Of a stretch of 62,374 bases of DNA, positions 28,908 to 38,938 are shown in pieces. A program made the translations under genes and the position numbers. Source of the DNA: a virus (taxonomy: Duplodnaviria; Caudoviricetes); the IMG/VR virus record IMGVR_UViG_3300020171_000028, positions 1 to 62,374 of that record; one strand, written 5' to 3'. The notes beneath the pieces were generated by a model. That model saw only the letters and a list, made by a program, of their open reading frames with translations. It did no database searches and was not told the DNA's origin. Position 1 is the stretch's first letter. Each line of letters opens with the position of its first letter.

Positions 28908-29113
28908 TACAAAAATTTACCGTTTACTTTTACTTTGTAATACCTTTCTTCCCCCATGGCTTCAGCTTCTTTTACTTTACCTTCTCTCATTAATCGAGCG
29001 TAACGAAATCCATCTCCGGAAATTCCATCCGCAGCCATGTTGTATACCGGTTCACCATTAACTATGGTGACTGGTTCAATTGGTATTCTTTCTATTTTTA
29101 TTTTCTTTTTCAT
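28907..29113 (-). CDS. Hypothetical protein
   Basis: Translationally coupled to the MuF gene. Confidence 0.55.
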   Translation of the reverse strand: MKKKIKIERIPIEPVTIVNGEPVYNMAADGISGDGFRYARLMREGKVKEAEAMGEERYYKVKVNGKFL

Positions 29114-31005
29114 CGAATTGTCAATTTTCCGTAATCAAAAAGTAAAGTCCTGCCATCTTTCAATACTATCTCTACATATAAACTACTTAACTTATATTTT
29201 TTACCTACATACCCTTTAACCACATATTCCGTCTCCCCTGCCATCCCAGTACGAAATATTCCTGACCAAAATTCTTTTGGAGTAATTATATCCGACAAAG
29301 GAACTTTAGAGCGCATTATTAATTTAGCAGAAGTCATATCTTCATAAAGCTCTTTAACAAACGCCTTAGAAAAATCATCCGCACTAATAAAATTATCCGC
29401 ATACCCTACAAGCGCTTTATCTGTAATTAGATGATTTCTTTGTAATGCATTCTCCCCATGTTTTTTATAAGCATTCAAAATATCATTTACTACTTTTCCC
29501 CCAGCGTTGCCCCCCATACCTCTAAACAATTCCATAGATTGTTTATCATATAAAGTATTCATCATACTTTGATTAAATGCTCTCCAATGGGTATAATTGT
29601 TTTTCAACTTATCGAGGCCTTTTTCTGCAATATATCGCAAAACTTCTTCTTCTTGAGCGGTTCCTACTTTGAACACCATTTCAGGAAGTCCTTTTTCTAC
29701 CGAACGGGCAACAGCTTTGAAAACTTGCGGGTTTAACTTCTGGGTTGAGGACATCCACTCGTAAGCCGCATCATCTATAAGAAAAAACTCTCCTTTATAA
29801 TTTTCTTGAACCCAAAGTTTAAGTTTATTTGAAATAGGGTCATCCCATATCCTAGACCCTGGTTCATTAGAAAGTTTACGAATAATTTCTTTCAAATCAT
29901 CCGGCATCTCTGCAAATACCGCATCATATTCTTTCCTTAATTTCAAATACTCAGCAGCTTCTTTTTCTGAATAGAATTGACTAGCTACCGGGTCAGCTTC
30001 TATTTGTTGCTGTAGTTCTGTTTTTTCTTCTGCTTCCTCTCCTGGCAGTATAGGAATTGTAAAACATCGACATTGTGGGTGAACCGGAATTTTGTTCTCT
30101 ATCTCATCCAAAGTCCATATAGTTCCTTGCAAACTTGCACATTGACTACAAACCCTATCGTCTCCGGCAGTCCTGAATTCAGCTTGCACATCTACTCCTT
30201 CGACTCCCCAGTTTCTATATTCTTGGATAGTTGCTTTGTGGTGTGCTCTTATTATCTCAGTTCTTGCCATTATTTCCGCCCGCCGTTTAGCCGGTATAAA
30301 CCGTCCTAAAGTGTCGGTGATACCTAAGGTACCAGCTCCGCTTCCATCTATTGCAGAGACGAGCTTTCGAGCCAGCAAACGCGGATTATCCCCATCAGCT
30401 ATTCCTTGAGAAAGAATTCTACTGATTTGAGTATCCATTGCGGTAGTGATTCCTTTTAATTCGCTATAAGCTCTACTGTATAACAATCCTAATCGGTCAG
30501 CATGTAAAGGAGTAGCCATCGACATTCCAATTCCTCCTGTGGCATCCATACCCGGAACTCCGAATCCTCTTTTCTGCAATTCATATCTTGCCCGGATAAC
30601 TCCTTTCTTGTAAGAATCCTCTATATAGATGTTTGCCCAAGAACTTTCGATTGCTTTACCTACTTGTTGTTGTGTACTGGTTTGTAATATACCAGCATCT
30701 ACTCTTCCTTGCAACCACTTGCTAAACAAATTGACTTTTTCTGCACTGGAAGCAAACTGGAATGCTTTAGGACCGGGGGAAGCATAAGTACTTAATGTCT
30801 GGTATGTAGTTATAGGCTTCTGTAAATCAAATACATCGTCGGTCAATACAGCTTGGATGATGTCTCCTTTTAGTTGATTGAATCTTTTGTTGAGAGCTTG
30901 TACAAAGGCATTCCGTATCGACAAAGTCCTAGTAGGGTCGTATGCATTTGCATTTACTACCAACTTCTTTGTGCTAACTACTATGTCTTGACAAACTTCA
31001 CACAT
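29110..31005 (-). CDS. Head morphogenesis protein (MuF/SPP1 gp7) with ~300-aa C-terminal extension
   Basis: RAEIMARTEIIRAH, TAGDDRVCSQC, PVHPQCRC, then extension with FRG…GETEY. Confidence 0.88.
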   Translation of the reverse strand: MCEVCQDIVVSTKKLVVNANAYDPTRTLSIRNAFVQALNKRFNQLKGDIIQAVLTDDVFDLQKPITTYQTLSTYASPGPKAFQFASSAEKVNLFSKWLQGRVDAGILQTSTQQQVGKAIESSWANIYIEDSYKKGVIRARYELQKRGFGVPGMDATGGIGMSMATPLHADRLGLLYSRAYSELKGITTAMDTQISRILSQGIADGDNPRLLARKLVSAIDGSGAGTLGITDTLGRFIPAKRRAEIMARTEIIRAHHKATIQEYRNWGVEGVDVQAEFRTAGDDRVCSQCASLQGTIWTLDEIENKIPVHPQCRCFTIPILPGEEAEEKTELQQQIEADPVASQFYSEKEAAEYLKLRKEYDAVFAEMPDDLKEIIRKLSNEPGSRIWDDPISNKLKLWVQENYKGEFFLIDDAAYEWMSSTQKLNPQVFKAVARSVEKGLPEMVFKVGTAQEEEVLRYIAEKGLDKLKNNYTHWRAFNQSMMNTLYDKQSMELFRGMGGNAGGKVVNDILNAYKKHGENALQRNHLITDKALVGYADNFISADDFSKAFVKELYEDMTSAKLIMRSKVPLSDIITPKEFWSGIFRTGMAGETEYVVKGYVGKKYKLSSLYVEIVLKDGRTLLFDYGKLTIR

Positions 31006-31012
31006 CTTCTTT

Positions 31013-32875
31013 CTAATTATCGTCTATCATCCCTTTTATCCAAGTAGAAGGGACAGAATCAAAAATCTGAACCCCTTGCTTACTTATCTCTACTATTCCG
31101 TCATTCTTCCAGCTTTTCGGAACATTGAATACAAAAACATCCCCTGCTTTAAATCCTTCTTTTACCCCAGCAGTATATATTGCAGATGTATTTGCCCAAA
31201 CGCTTCCAGATATCTCAGCATCCAATCCTTTTTTTCCTATAGAAGCAATATTCTTTGCATTAGTTTCATGAAAATAAGTAACTCCACCTCCTTCTGGCCC
31301 TACATAATTGGGATTCTTGTAATAAGGCATAGTTTTTCCTCCTATATTAATAGAAGATTGCTCCCACCCTTCCGGGCCTCTTCCAGCACCACCTCCCCCA
31401 GGACGAATAGTCCTATGTCCTTTTATTCCACTACCTTTACCTCCTAACACTTCAACCATAGAAGCAACTTCTAATAAATCCTCTTCTTCCGGTTCTATTT
31501 CTTCCTCTTCTTCCGGTTCTATTCTAGGCTCTTCTAAAATAGCTTGCTCTCTCATCTCTTCAATGATACTTATCTGGTCAGGAGTCAATCCTACAAAGTA
31601 TTCAAGGAACGCAGCCGGTGGAATAGTGGCTTCCGCCATAGGAGAATCGGCATACGCTTTCAACGCCTCTGTACGAGTTTTACCAATATCCACCCTTTCT
31701 TTTTCTGACATCGCAAATAAATCAGCCCATTTGATTGAATACTCTTCTTTAGGTGCCGGAAGCACTTTCATTTCGACGCATTTATCTACAAAAGGCCTGA
31801 TGATGGTCAATTCTGCGTATTCCTCTCTTCTTGATTGTATATATGTTTTCCACTCGTCTGAATCTTGAGAACTGGATAATTCTCCTCTTTCACTCCCTAT
31901 CAAAATTCTTTTAGGAATTCCAGTTGCTGCGGATATCATTTGTATTTGAATATCTACGTGGTTTAAGGGGTCTGCTACCTGTTGTGCCAAAGACTCAAAA
32001 GAAACTCCTTGATTGACTAACATCCGGCGTAGGTTGTGCTCGTATTCATCTATTTGATTACGTAACTCCTCTTCTCCTACAGTATCGATATTGTAATCCT
32101 TGTCTACTTTACCTACGTACCCCGGACGAGCCCCTTTCCAAAACATTTCGGCATCCCCACCTACTATCTTTTCTAAATCCATCAAGCGATTGAATACGTT
32201 TTTCAACCTCGGGGTACCTATTACTTCGTTCTCCAACATGTCTTCTACTATATGAAGAACCCTTGAATAATGCACTTGGATGGATTTAGTTGCTCCTTTA
32301 TCAGATTCCTCTACTTCTAACCGGTACATAAAAGGAAGCCCGTATCTTTTATTGGTAGTGTCACTAACATAACTTTCTATTTGCGCAGATTTTTCACTCA
32401 AAGGCTTCAAATACATTAGTTTTGCGCCTACAGAAAGAGGATTCTTCCATTCCTCTTCCGTTTTTACATCAGACATTCCAAACAACAGTACTCCGTATTG
32501 GCCTATTCCAGTAAGCTTATCTAAACGAGAAAAAACGGATTTCAATTTAAGATTCTTTTGTAAAAGACTCCATGCCTTCTCCAAAGGAGTTTCCATGTCA
32601 TCGTCTGCCTCTACAACATCTAAAGGTCCTTGCCAAGTAGCCTTGACCGGTCTATCTATAAGAGCTTTTGCAATGTCTTGCCGGTCGTATCTAACAAAAT
32701 AATCATCAAAGGTTAATTCCAATGGATAACCTAATGCTTCGTATATATGTCTATCTCCGTCAAAACTTTGCTGATTTAAGCGGGATGCCAAACCAGCCCG
32801 GTTGGCTATGGTTGATAAGACAAGTAATCTTTTCTCCAAAGCCTCTATACTGGAAGATGTTTTCGTTCTTTCCAT
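31013..32875 (-). CDS. Portal protein (DUF1073-like) with C-terminal extension
   Basis: Position after TerL; YDRQDIAKALID, VHYSRVLH, ISAATGIPKRIL.G. Confidence 0.88.
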   Translation of the reverse strand: MERTKTSSSIEALEKRLLVLSTIANRAGLASRLNQQSFDGDRHIYEALGYPLELTFDDYFVRYDRQDIAKALIDRPVKATWQGPLDVVEADDDMETPLEKAWSLLQKNLKLKSVFSRLDKLTGIGQYGVLLFGMSDVKTEEEWKNPLSVGAKLMYLKPLSEKSAQIESYVSDTTNKRYGLPFMYRLEVEESDKGATKSIQVHYSRVLHIVEDMLENEVIGTPRLKNVFNRLMDLEKIVGGDAEMFWKGARPGYVGKVDKDYNIDTVGEEELRNQIDEYEHNLRRMLVNQGVSFESLAQQVADPLNHVDIQIQMISAATGIPKRILIGSERGELSSSQDSDEWKTYIQSRREEYAELTIIRPFVDKCVEMKVLPAPKEEYSIKWADLFAMSEKERVDIGKTRTEALKAYADSPMAEATIPPAAFLEYFVGLTPDQISIIEEMREQAILEEPRIEPEEEEEIEPEEEDLLEVASMVEVLGGKGSGIKGHRTIRPGGGGAGRGPEGWEQSSINIGGKTMPYYKNPNYVGPEGGGVTYFHETNAKNIASIGKKGLDAEISGSVWANTSAIYTAGVKEGFKAGDVFVFNVPKSWKNDGIVEISKQGVQIFDSVPSTWIKGMIDDN

Positions 32876-33079
32876 TTATTCTTGTATTTCTTTATCTAAA
32901 ACAAACATAGGTATTACTTTTGCTCCAAAACATACATTACAGGGAACCAACCCAGCTTTAATAGAACCGCCTGTATTTTCTCCAAAGTATTTCTGAACAA
33001 ATACTTCCCCATCCCCATTGCACTTTGGGCACAATTGATATGGAATAGCTTTTACTATTTTTACTTCTATTGCTTCCAT
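32876..33079 (-). CDS. Small DnaJ-type zinc-finger protein
   Basis: CPKCNGDG and CNVCFGAK; likely start MEAIE. Confidence 0.65.
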   Translation of the reverse strand: MEAIEVKIVKAIPYQLCPKCNGDGEVFVQKYFGENTGGSIKAGLVPCNVCFGAKVIPMFVLDKEIQE

Positions 33080-33084
33080 GGCTT

Positions 33085-34626
33085 CTATGTAATTCGTTTC
33101 ACCATTCTTTTGTTCATCAAATAATTGAATCCTGCGGCACAACTATCCACTATATCTTTGTAGGTACCAAATGGAAAATATCTGAATTCTTCTATCAAAT
33201 CGTGGTTCCATTCCCCTTGCATCAGTAAAACATTGCCGTTGTTCACTTGTACTGATAGAGGGTCGGCCCTAAACACCTTGTCTCCGGTAGGTCTATCTGC
33301 CAATACTACATATCCTGCTAGATTCCTTATTGTATTTTCCGCACTTTCTTTTCCTCCACTCCCAGGCTCCTGCTCAACTATAACAGTAACATTCCGACCA
33401 TCTATCTCTGCAGTTTCTTTTATTATCCGTTCTCTTTCCTCACTCGACCACTGTCCTCGCTTTACATCCTCAATTACTATTTTGTTTGTATTTAAACGAG
33501 ATATTTTGGTACCTGTGGTATACGCACCTCCTCCGGCAGTACCAGCCTTGTCCCAATATCTAACCGTCTGAACATAGTTTACAGGATTGAGTATTGTACG
33601 AAGCATTTGAAAGTGGTCTACCTTAAACATACCACCGCCAGGAGGTGTTGGATTCTGTCCTACTTGTCCTGCATAACCATACTGTCCTAAATCCGCTTCT
33701 AATTCCTCTAATACTGCCCAATTCATTCTGTTGGGGTCCAAAAGGCCGTCCTTGTAATACTTTACCATTTCAGGAGGCTGTACTTTGTCCTCGTAATTGC
33801 GAATTTCTCCCGGAAGACATATATGCCTAACTTTTGCTTTCTTCTTTGCTAAGATATGCCCGGAAGGGTCATCCTGGTGGAGTCTTTGCATAATACCAAT
33901 GGTAACTGATATTCTTTTGTCAGTCTTTCGGGTACTCAATGTAAGGTCCACCCAATTGTTTGCTGTTTCCCTTTCTTTATCAGATACTGCCTGCTTAGGA
34001 TTCAAAGGGTCGTCCCAGATATTGATGTCTCCATGGAATCCTGTTAAGGTTCCTCCTACGGATGTACTATACCTGTTTCCTCCATTTATATTGGCAGGCA
34101 GCTTGTTCATCGCGTGTCTCCAAACTTTTTTTATCACCTGGTAATTCCCTTTACTATCCTTGTCTTCCTTGATGTCTAGGTCCGGGTACACTTTCTTAAA
34201 CCTGTCGGACCGTATTAAGTCTCTACTATACTCAGCAGACTGTAAACTAAGGCTAGAGGAATAGGAACCTGTAATGAACCTCATCCAATGCCATTTAGTC
34301 CAGCACCATACTGGAAATACTATGCTACATATGATAGTCTTTGTCATTCCGGGGGGAATGTTTATGATAAGGTCGTATGCTTTTTCTTCTCTGTTTGCTA
34401 CTCTATATGCTACTTTCTCTAATTCTTCGCAAAGGAATTCTATATGCCAATTTGATTCGAATGGTAAGGAACTTACTTCGTCCCAAGCCCAAGTTAAGAA
34501 ATGATACAAGCTTCTATTGTTCAATTCCCTTGTTATCATATAAGGGTTTCTTACAGCCTCCTTCATCCTTTGTAACTTAGGAGCAATTGTTCTTGTCATT
34601 TCTAAAGAATCAATTTCTGTTGTCAT
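33085..34626 (-). CDS. terL: Terminase large subunit
   Basis: INIPPGMTKT Walker A, WDDP, MQRLHQDD, nuclease WDKA…EQEPGSGGK…KDIVD. Confidence 0.95.
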   Translation of the reverse strand: MTTEIDSLEMTRTIAPKLQRMKEAVRNPYMITRELNNRSLYHFLTWAWDEVSSLPFESNWHIEFLCEELEKVAYRVANREEKAYDLIINIPPGMTKTIICSIVFPVWCWTKWHWMRFITGSYSSSLSLQSAEYSRDLIRSDRFKKVYPDLDIKEDKDSKGNYQVIKKVWRHAMNKLPANINGGNRYSTSVGGTLTGFHGDINIWDDPLNPKQAVSDKERETANNWVDLTLSTRKTDKRISVTIGIMQRLHQDDPSGHILAKKKAKVRHICLPGEIRNYEDKVQPPEMVKYYKDGLLDPNRMNWAVLEELEADLGQYGYAGQVGQNPTPPGGGMFKVDHFQMLRTILNPVNYVQTVRYWDKAGTAGGGAYTTGTKISRLNTNKIVIEDVKRGQWSSEERERIIKETAEIDGRNVTVIVEQEPGSGGKESAENTIRNLAGYVVLADRPTGDKVFRADPLSVQVNNGNVLLMQGEWNHDLIEEFRYFPFGTYKDIVDSCAAGFNYLMNKRMVKRIT

Positions 34627-35176
34627 TGGATAGTAGGGATTGTGTTTGTATTGCTAACTGACGCATTCCTATTTTTTCCATTAGTTTCAATTCTTCGTCG
34701 TTTATTCCTCTTAGGTCTACGCTTAGTTTTATATTGTTGATTGAATTGAATTCGTGTTTGTATACATCCATCCATTTGTCGCCGTGGCGGACTTTTAGTA
34801 AGTATATGCCTGCTGTGGTGCTTGGTTGGATGTGTTTCTTGACTATCTTTCTTGCTCTTACTTTTTCATTGCCTTCTTTGTCGATGTAAGTATCTGTGGT
34901 TACTTCTTCTACTTCGTATCCCATCGCTTGTTTGTATAGGCTTGCAACTACATTTAAACTAGCTAAAAGGCGTCCTTTTTCCATAGCCATATCGAATTCC
35001 GGATATAGTTGTCGGTATTTGTCGAAAGTAGATTCGTGTATATTGTAAAACTCACAGATTTCAAGATTTGTATGTCCAAATCGGGCTAATTTGAAGACTT
35101 CTTTTATCATCGAGTCTTGAAATTTTCCTTTAGGACCACGCTTTTTCTCTTTTTTATGTATTTTTGTACGTACCAT
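34610..35176 (-). CDS. terS: Terminase small subunit
   Basis: HTH-like N-terminus, SLYKQAMGY, PSTTAGIYLLK; upstream of terL. Confidence 0.8.
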   Translation of the reverse strand: MVRTKIHKKEKKRGPKGKFQDSMIKEVFKLARFGHTNLEICEFYNIHESTFDKYRQLYPEFDMAMEKGRLLASLNVVASLYKQAMGYEVEEVTTDTYIDKEGNEKVRARKIVKKHIQPSTTAGIYLLKVRHGDKWMDVYKHEFNSINNIKLSVDLRGINDEELKLMEKIGMRQLAIQTQSLLSNDNRN

Positions 35177-35319
35177 CTTAGGAATAAATATAAGGTAGGA
35201 TTTCAAGAAATCAAAATAAAAAAAATAATAAATTTTTTTTGCCTTGTAATTAATTGAAAATCAATGTGGTTAATTAGGAGGGGAAAAATATTTTTAAAAA
35301 TTTTTTAAAATAATTGTTT

Positions 35320-35356
35320 AAAAATTAGGTTTTGAATATTTATTATATTAATTTTA
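35320..35356 (+). promoter_or_regulatory. Putative early promoter block
   Basis: aaaaattaggttttgaatattt….tattaatttta also at 49024-49060. Confidence 0.65.
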
Positions 35357-35385
35357 CCGAGTAATTATTTAAAAACCTTACAAAA

Positions 35386-35922
35386 ATGAAAACATTAGAG
35401 AAAAGACAAACAGCAAAAGTAGGAGTAGCAGGCTCTTTCTTCAACCAGTTAATGGCAAACAATGCTACAATCCCCCAAGTAGGAAAAGGCGCTACTGAAT
35501 TACTTTACACAGACCGTAGATGTTATGAAGTAATTGAAGTAAGCGAAGACGGGAAAACAGCAAGGCTTCAATTTTTAGAAGCTGAGTGGGATAAAAAATT
35601 AGGAGGAGGACAAGGACATCAAAATTGGATTCTAAAGCCTATTGAAAGATATCTTACAGTAACTTGGAGACAAGGAGCTTGGAGAATGGTAGGAAAAGAA
35701 ATTAGTTTCACAAAGGAATTTCTAAAAGAGTGTGAAAGTAATGGTATTAACTTTATTGGGCAATGGATGAGAAAAAACAATCCAGAATTAGCTGATAAAA
35801 TTTGGGCGGGGGATATTCGTCCGCAGAATGTTGTTGAAGGATATACAAAAGAAAGAATTGTATATGAAAAAATCAAATTAATATTCGGAGTGAAAGAGTA
35901 TTATTACGATTGGGAATTCTAA
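35386..35922 (+). CDS. Early hypothetical protein
   Basis: First gene of plus arm; AAAACCTTAC leader. Confidence 0.75.
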   Translation: MKTLEKRQTAKVGVAGSFFNQLMANNATIPQVGKGATELLYTDRRCYEVIEVSEDGKTARLQFLEAEWDKKLGGGQGHQNWILKPIERYLTVTWRQGAWRMVGKEISFTKEFLKECESNGINFIGQWMRKNNPELADKIWAGDIRPQNVVEGYTKERIVYEKIKLIFGVKEYYYDWEF

Positions 35923-35942
35923 TTGTAGTTTTTATAAACTTA

Positions 35943-35974
35943 GCCCGGCAGTCTTTTATAGATGCCGGGTTTTT
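35943..35974 (+). terminator. Intrinsic terminator-like hairpin
   Basis: gcccggca…tgccgggt followed by tttt. Confidence 0.65.
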
Positions 35975-36004
35975 CGGTGAAAACAATTTAAAAACCTTAC
36001 AACA

Positions 36005-36430
36005 ATGGAATATTATCAAATCTCAAGCAAAACGCTCCTCCCGGTTATTACTAGGGAGAAGAACAATTCCGGAGCAAACTTCACTATCAAAAGCAAAGTT
36101 ACCGGAAAAGAATACACTTTCCAAATCAACCGTTCTTTATTCAAGGGGAACTGGTATACTTTTGTTAAAGTAGAAATAAACTACTTAGATTTCCTTTACT
36201 TAGGAATGTACAAAAATGGAAAAGTTATATTGAAAGGACAAGAAGTGGAATCTCCTTCCGCCAAAGCCATTGCCTATATCTTACGTAAAGTAGAGAATCA
36301 GCAATTTGATTTGTTGGATTCCCAAATAGAACTACTCCATACAGGACATTGTTTAGTTTGCGGAAGAGAATTAACCGATTCAGATAGCATTAAAGCAGGT
36401 ATGGGTCCTGTTTGTAGAGGGGAGGAGTAA
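36005..36430 (+). CDS. DUF6011-like zinc-binding protein
   Basis: CLVCGRELTDSDSIKAGMGPVC. Confidence 0.75.
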   Translation: MEYYQISSKTLLPVITREKNNSGANFTIKSKVTGKEYTFQINRSLFKGNWYTFVKVEINYLDFLYLGMYKNGKVILKGQEVESPSAKAIAYILRKVENQQFDLLDSQIELLHTGHCLVCGRELTDSDSIKAGMGPVCRGEE

Positions 36431-36431
36431 G

Positions 36432-38114
36432 ATGATTTTACGATACGCAAATATTATCACACAAAAAGACGGGAAGCGGATTATCAAGGTCCAATTCCCT
36501 TACTCTTTTGAAGACCTAGCATTCATTAAAACTTTCTCTAACCGTAAATGGCTAGGGGAAGAGAAGCGTTGGTTGATTCCTATTTCTTTAGAAAACACTC
36601 TTGCTTTACTAAGCAAGCAATTCCAAATAGGCCCACAGTTGTCTGAATATCTCAAAATATCTAAACAAAGAAGGGAGGAAGCTGAGTCTGTTCCTATGCC
36701 TACTTTTAAAGAAGGGTTGAGTTTACGACCATACCAAGTGGAGGGGATTAGGTTTATCGAAAAAAGCAATGGGAGAGCTTTGATTGCAGATGAAATGGGT
36801 TTAGGAAAAACCATAGAAGCTATTGGCTGGTGTTGCTTACATCCTGAATTAAAGAAAGTTCTTGTATGCGTTCCTTCCTCGTTGAAAATTAAATGGAGTA
36901 GGGAATGTTTGAAGTGGATGGATAGGCCGTCAGTACAAATCTTACAAGGCCAAACTCCTTTTGAAGTAACCGGGGATGTGGTTATCATCAATCACGACAT
37001 ACTTTCTTATTGGCAATCGGCCTTACGGAAACTAGCATTTGATGTTCTTATAGTAGACGAAATACACCATTTCAAAAATCCTACCGCCCAAAGAACCAAA
37101 GCCCTAAATAAAGTAGCAAAGGGCATACAGCATATAATAGGCATCAGTGGAACTCCTATACAAAATCGACCTGTGGAGATATACAATGTCGGCAAACTAA
37201 TTAACTCAACTGCCTTACCTAATTACATAGAGTTTACTACTAAATTCTGCAATAGGTACCACAATGGATTTGGATGGGATGTAAGTGGTAGTTCTAATAT
37301 TCCTGAACTATTTCAATTGCTTTCCAATACTTTTATGATTCGTAGGTTGAAGAAAGATGTTACAAAAGAGTTGCCGGATAAACAATTCACTTTTGTTCCT
37401 TTTGAAATTGATAACAGAAAGGAATATCAACAAGCTGAGGATGATTTTTTGACTTATATTGGAAACAAGATAGATAAAGAGACAGAAAACACCTTGTCTG
37501 CCTATGAAAGAGCACGTTTAAAGCTCGATAAAATAAAAAAGGTATCTAATGCCCAGACCTTAGTAAAAGTCGGAGAATTAAAGCAATTGGCTGTTAAAGG
37601 GAAAATGGTGGGTGTTATTGAATGGTTGGAGGATTTTCTAAACAGCGGAGAAAAATTGATTGTTTTTGTTAGTCATATTTTTGTTAGTGATATGCTTAGA
37701 AAAGCATTTCCAGATGCTATAAAAATAGATGGCTCTATAACCGGACAAAAAAGACAAGATGTTGTAGATGCTTTCCAAAACGACCCAAAGGTAAAACTTC
37801 TGATAGGAAATCACAAAGCAGCCGGGGAAGGTTTAGATTTAACTGCGGCTTCCAATGTAGCTATTTTAGAATTCCCTTGGACTCCCGGTGCCGTTGACCA
37901 GGATATTGATAGAGTACATAGAATCGGACAAAAAGCCGACAAGGTAAATGTTTACTACCTTGTCGGAGTAGATACAATAGAAGAGCAGTTAGCTAAATTA
38001 ATAGACAAGAAAAGAAAAATTGTTCAAGGAACATTAGACGGTACAGCCGTACCTCAAGATTCTTTATTAAATGAATTGTTGAATACTTATAAAAATCAAA
38101 GCAATGAAATTTAG
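36432..38114 (+). CDS. SNF2-family (HARP/SMARCAL1-like) helicase
   Basis: LRPYQ, ADEMGLGKT, DEIH, SGTP, GEGLDL, DRVHRIGQ. Confidence 0.92.
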   Translation: MILRYANIITQKDGKRIIKVQFPYSFEDLAFIKTFSNRKWLGEEKRWLIPISLENTLALLSKQFQIGPQLSEYLKISKQRREEAESVPMPTFKEGLSLRPYQVEGIRFIEKSNGRALIADEMGLGKTIEAIGWCCLHPELKKVLVCVPSSLKIKWSRECLKWMDRPSVQILQGQTPFEVTGDVVIINHDILSYWQSALRKLAFDVLIVDEIHHFKNPTAQRTKALNKVAKGIQHIIGISGTPIQNRPVEIYNVGKLINSTALPNYIEFTTKFCNRYHNGFGWDVSGSSNIPELFQLLSNTFMIRRLKKDVTKELPDKQFTFVPFEIDNRKEYQQAEDDFLTYIGNKIDKETENTLSAYERARLKLDKIKKVSNAQTLVKVGELKQLAVKGKMVGVIEWLEDFLNSGEKLIVFVSHIFVSDMLRKAFPDAIKIDGSITGQKRQDVVDAFQNDPKVKLLIGNHKAAGEGLDLTAASNVAILEFPWTPGAVDQDIDRVHRIGQKADKVNVYYLVGVDTIEEQLAKLIDKKRKIVQGTLDGTAVPQDSLLNELLNTYKNQSNEI

Positions 38115-38322
38115 ACCAAGAAAAACTCCATTGAAAGAAATTGACGGAAACAGAGTAGGCCACACTAAAAACATCCACGACAAAGCTTTAGAATTAAAAG
38201 CAAAGCACGATGCTTATATGAAAGGCAAAAAGACCATTTTAGTAAAACATCCCACTGCCTTACGCTGTTGGATTGAAAAAATTGTACCTACCAAAACCTT
38301 ACAAAAAAATGAAAAGGACTAA
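38104..38322 (+). CDS. Hypothetical protein
   Basis: ORF in operon. Confidence 0.55.
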   Translation: MKFRPRKTPLKEIDGNRVGHTKNIHDKALELKAKHDAYMKGKKTILVKHPTALRCWIEKIVPTKTLQKNEKD

Positions 38323-38782
38323 TTATAGACATATCAAACATAACATCGGGCTTATCAAAAAAATAGCCACTTCCTTCCATGTCACTACTAGAATAGAATT
38401 AGATGATTTAATTTCAGAAGGATATTTGACTTATTTAGAAACTATAGAAAATTGGAATCCTAGTAGAGGTAAAATATCTACCTACATGTGGTATTGTTTA
38501 CATTCTAATTTAACTAACTATTGCGTAAAAGAAAAAAAATGCGTTCCTACTATTCCTTTAGAAGACATGGATTTCATATCTAAAACTTCTTCTCCTTTCT
38601 TTGAAAGATTAAATGAAGAGGCTTACGTTATTGCAAAAATAATTTTGAACTCTCCGGAAGAATTCATTTCTTTTTCAAAGAAAGCGGTACAAGAAAAATT
38701 AAAAAAAATCTTGTATAATAAAGGATGGACGGAAGAAAGAATCAATTCTGGGTTCGTTTGTTTACAATCTGTATTTAGTTAG
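38309..38782 (+). CDS. Sigma-70 region 2-like phage transcription factor
   Basis: DDLISEGYLTYLETIENWNPSRGKISTYMWYCL. Confidence 0.75.
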   Translation: MKRTNYRHIKHNIGLIKKIATSFHVTTRIELDDLISEGYLTYLETIENWNPSRGKISTYMWYCLHSNLTNYCVKEKKCVPTIPLEDMDFISKTSSPFFERLNEEAYVIAKIILNSPEEFISFSKKAVQEKLKKILYNKGWTEERINSGFVCLQSVFS

Positions 38783-38785
38783 GAT

Positions 38786-38938
38786 ATGAAAAAGATATTA
38801 AGTATAGAAAAAACAATTTGTATGGCTCCTCCTGAAAATTTCACGGATTGGATGGAATATATTAGAAAAGAAATGAAAAGTGTATATAAAGTAAAACGAA
38901 ATATAAATGGACGTCGTATCTTTGTATCAAGACTTTAG
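38786..38938 (+). CDS. Small hypothetical protein (50 aa, not in ORF track)
   Basis: MKKILSIEKTICMAPPENFTDWMEYIRKEM…. Confidence 0.45.
   Translation: MKKILSIEKTICMAPPENFTDWMEYIRKEMKSVYKVKRNINGRRIFVSRL

Noticed and set aside
14001-34580. Numerous plus-strand ORFs within the late arm (and minus-strand ORFs in the early arm)
   Set aside because: They are antisense shadows of well-supported genes with no recognisable motifs.
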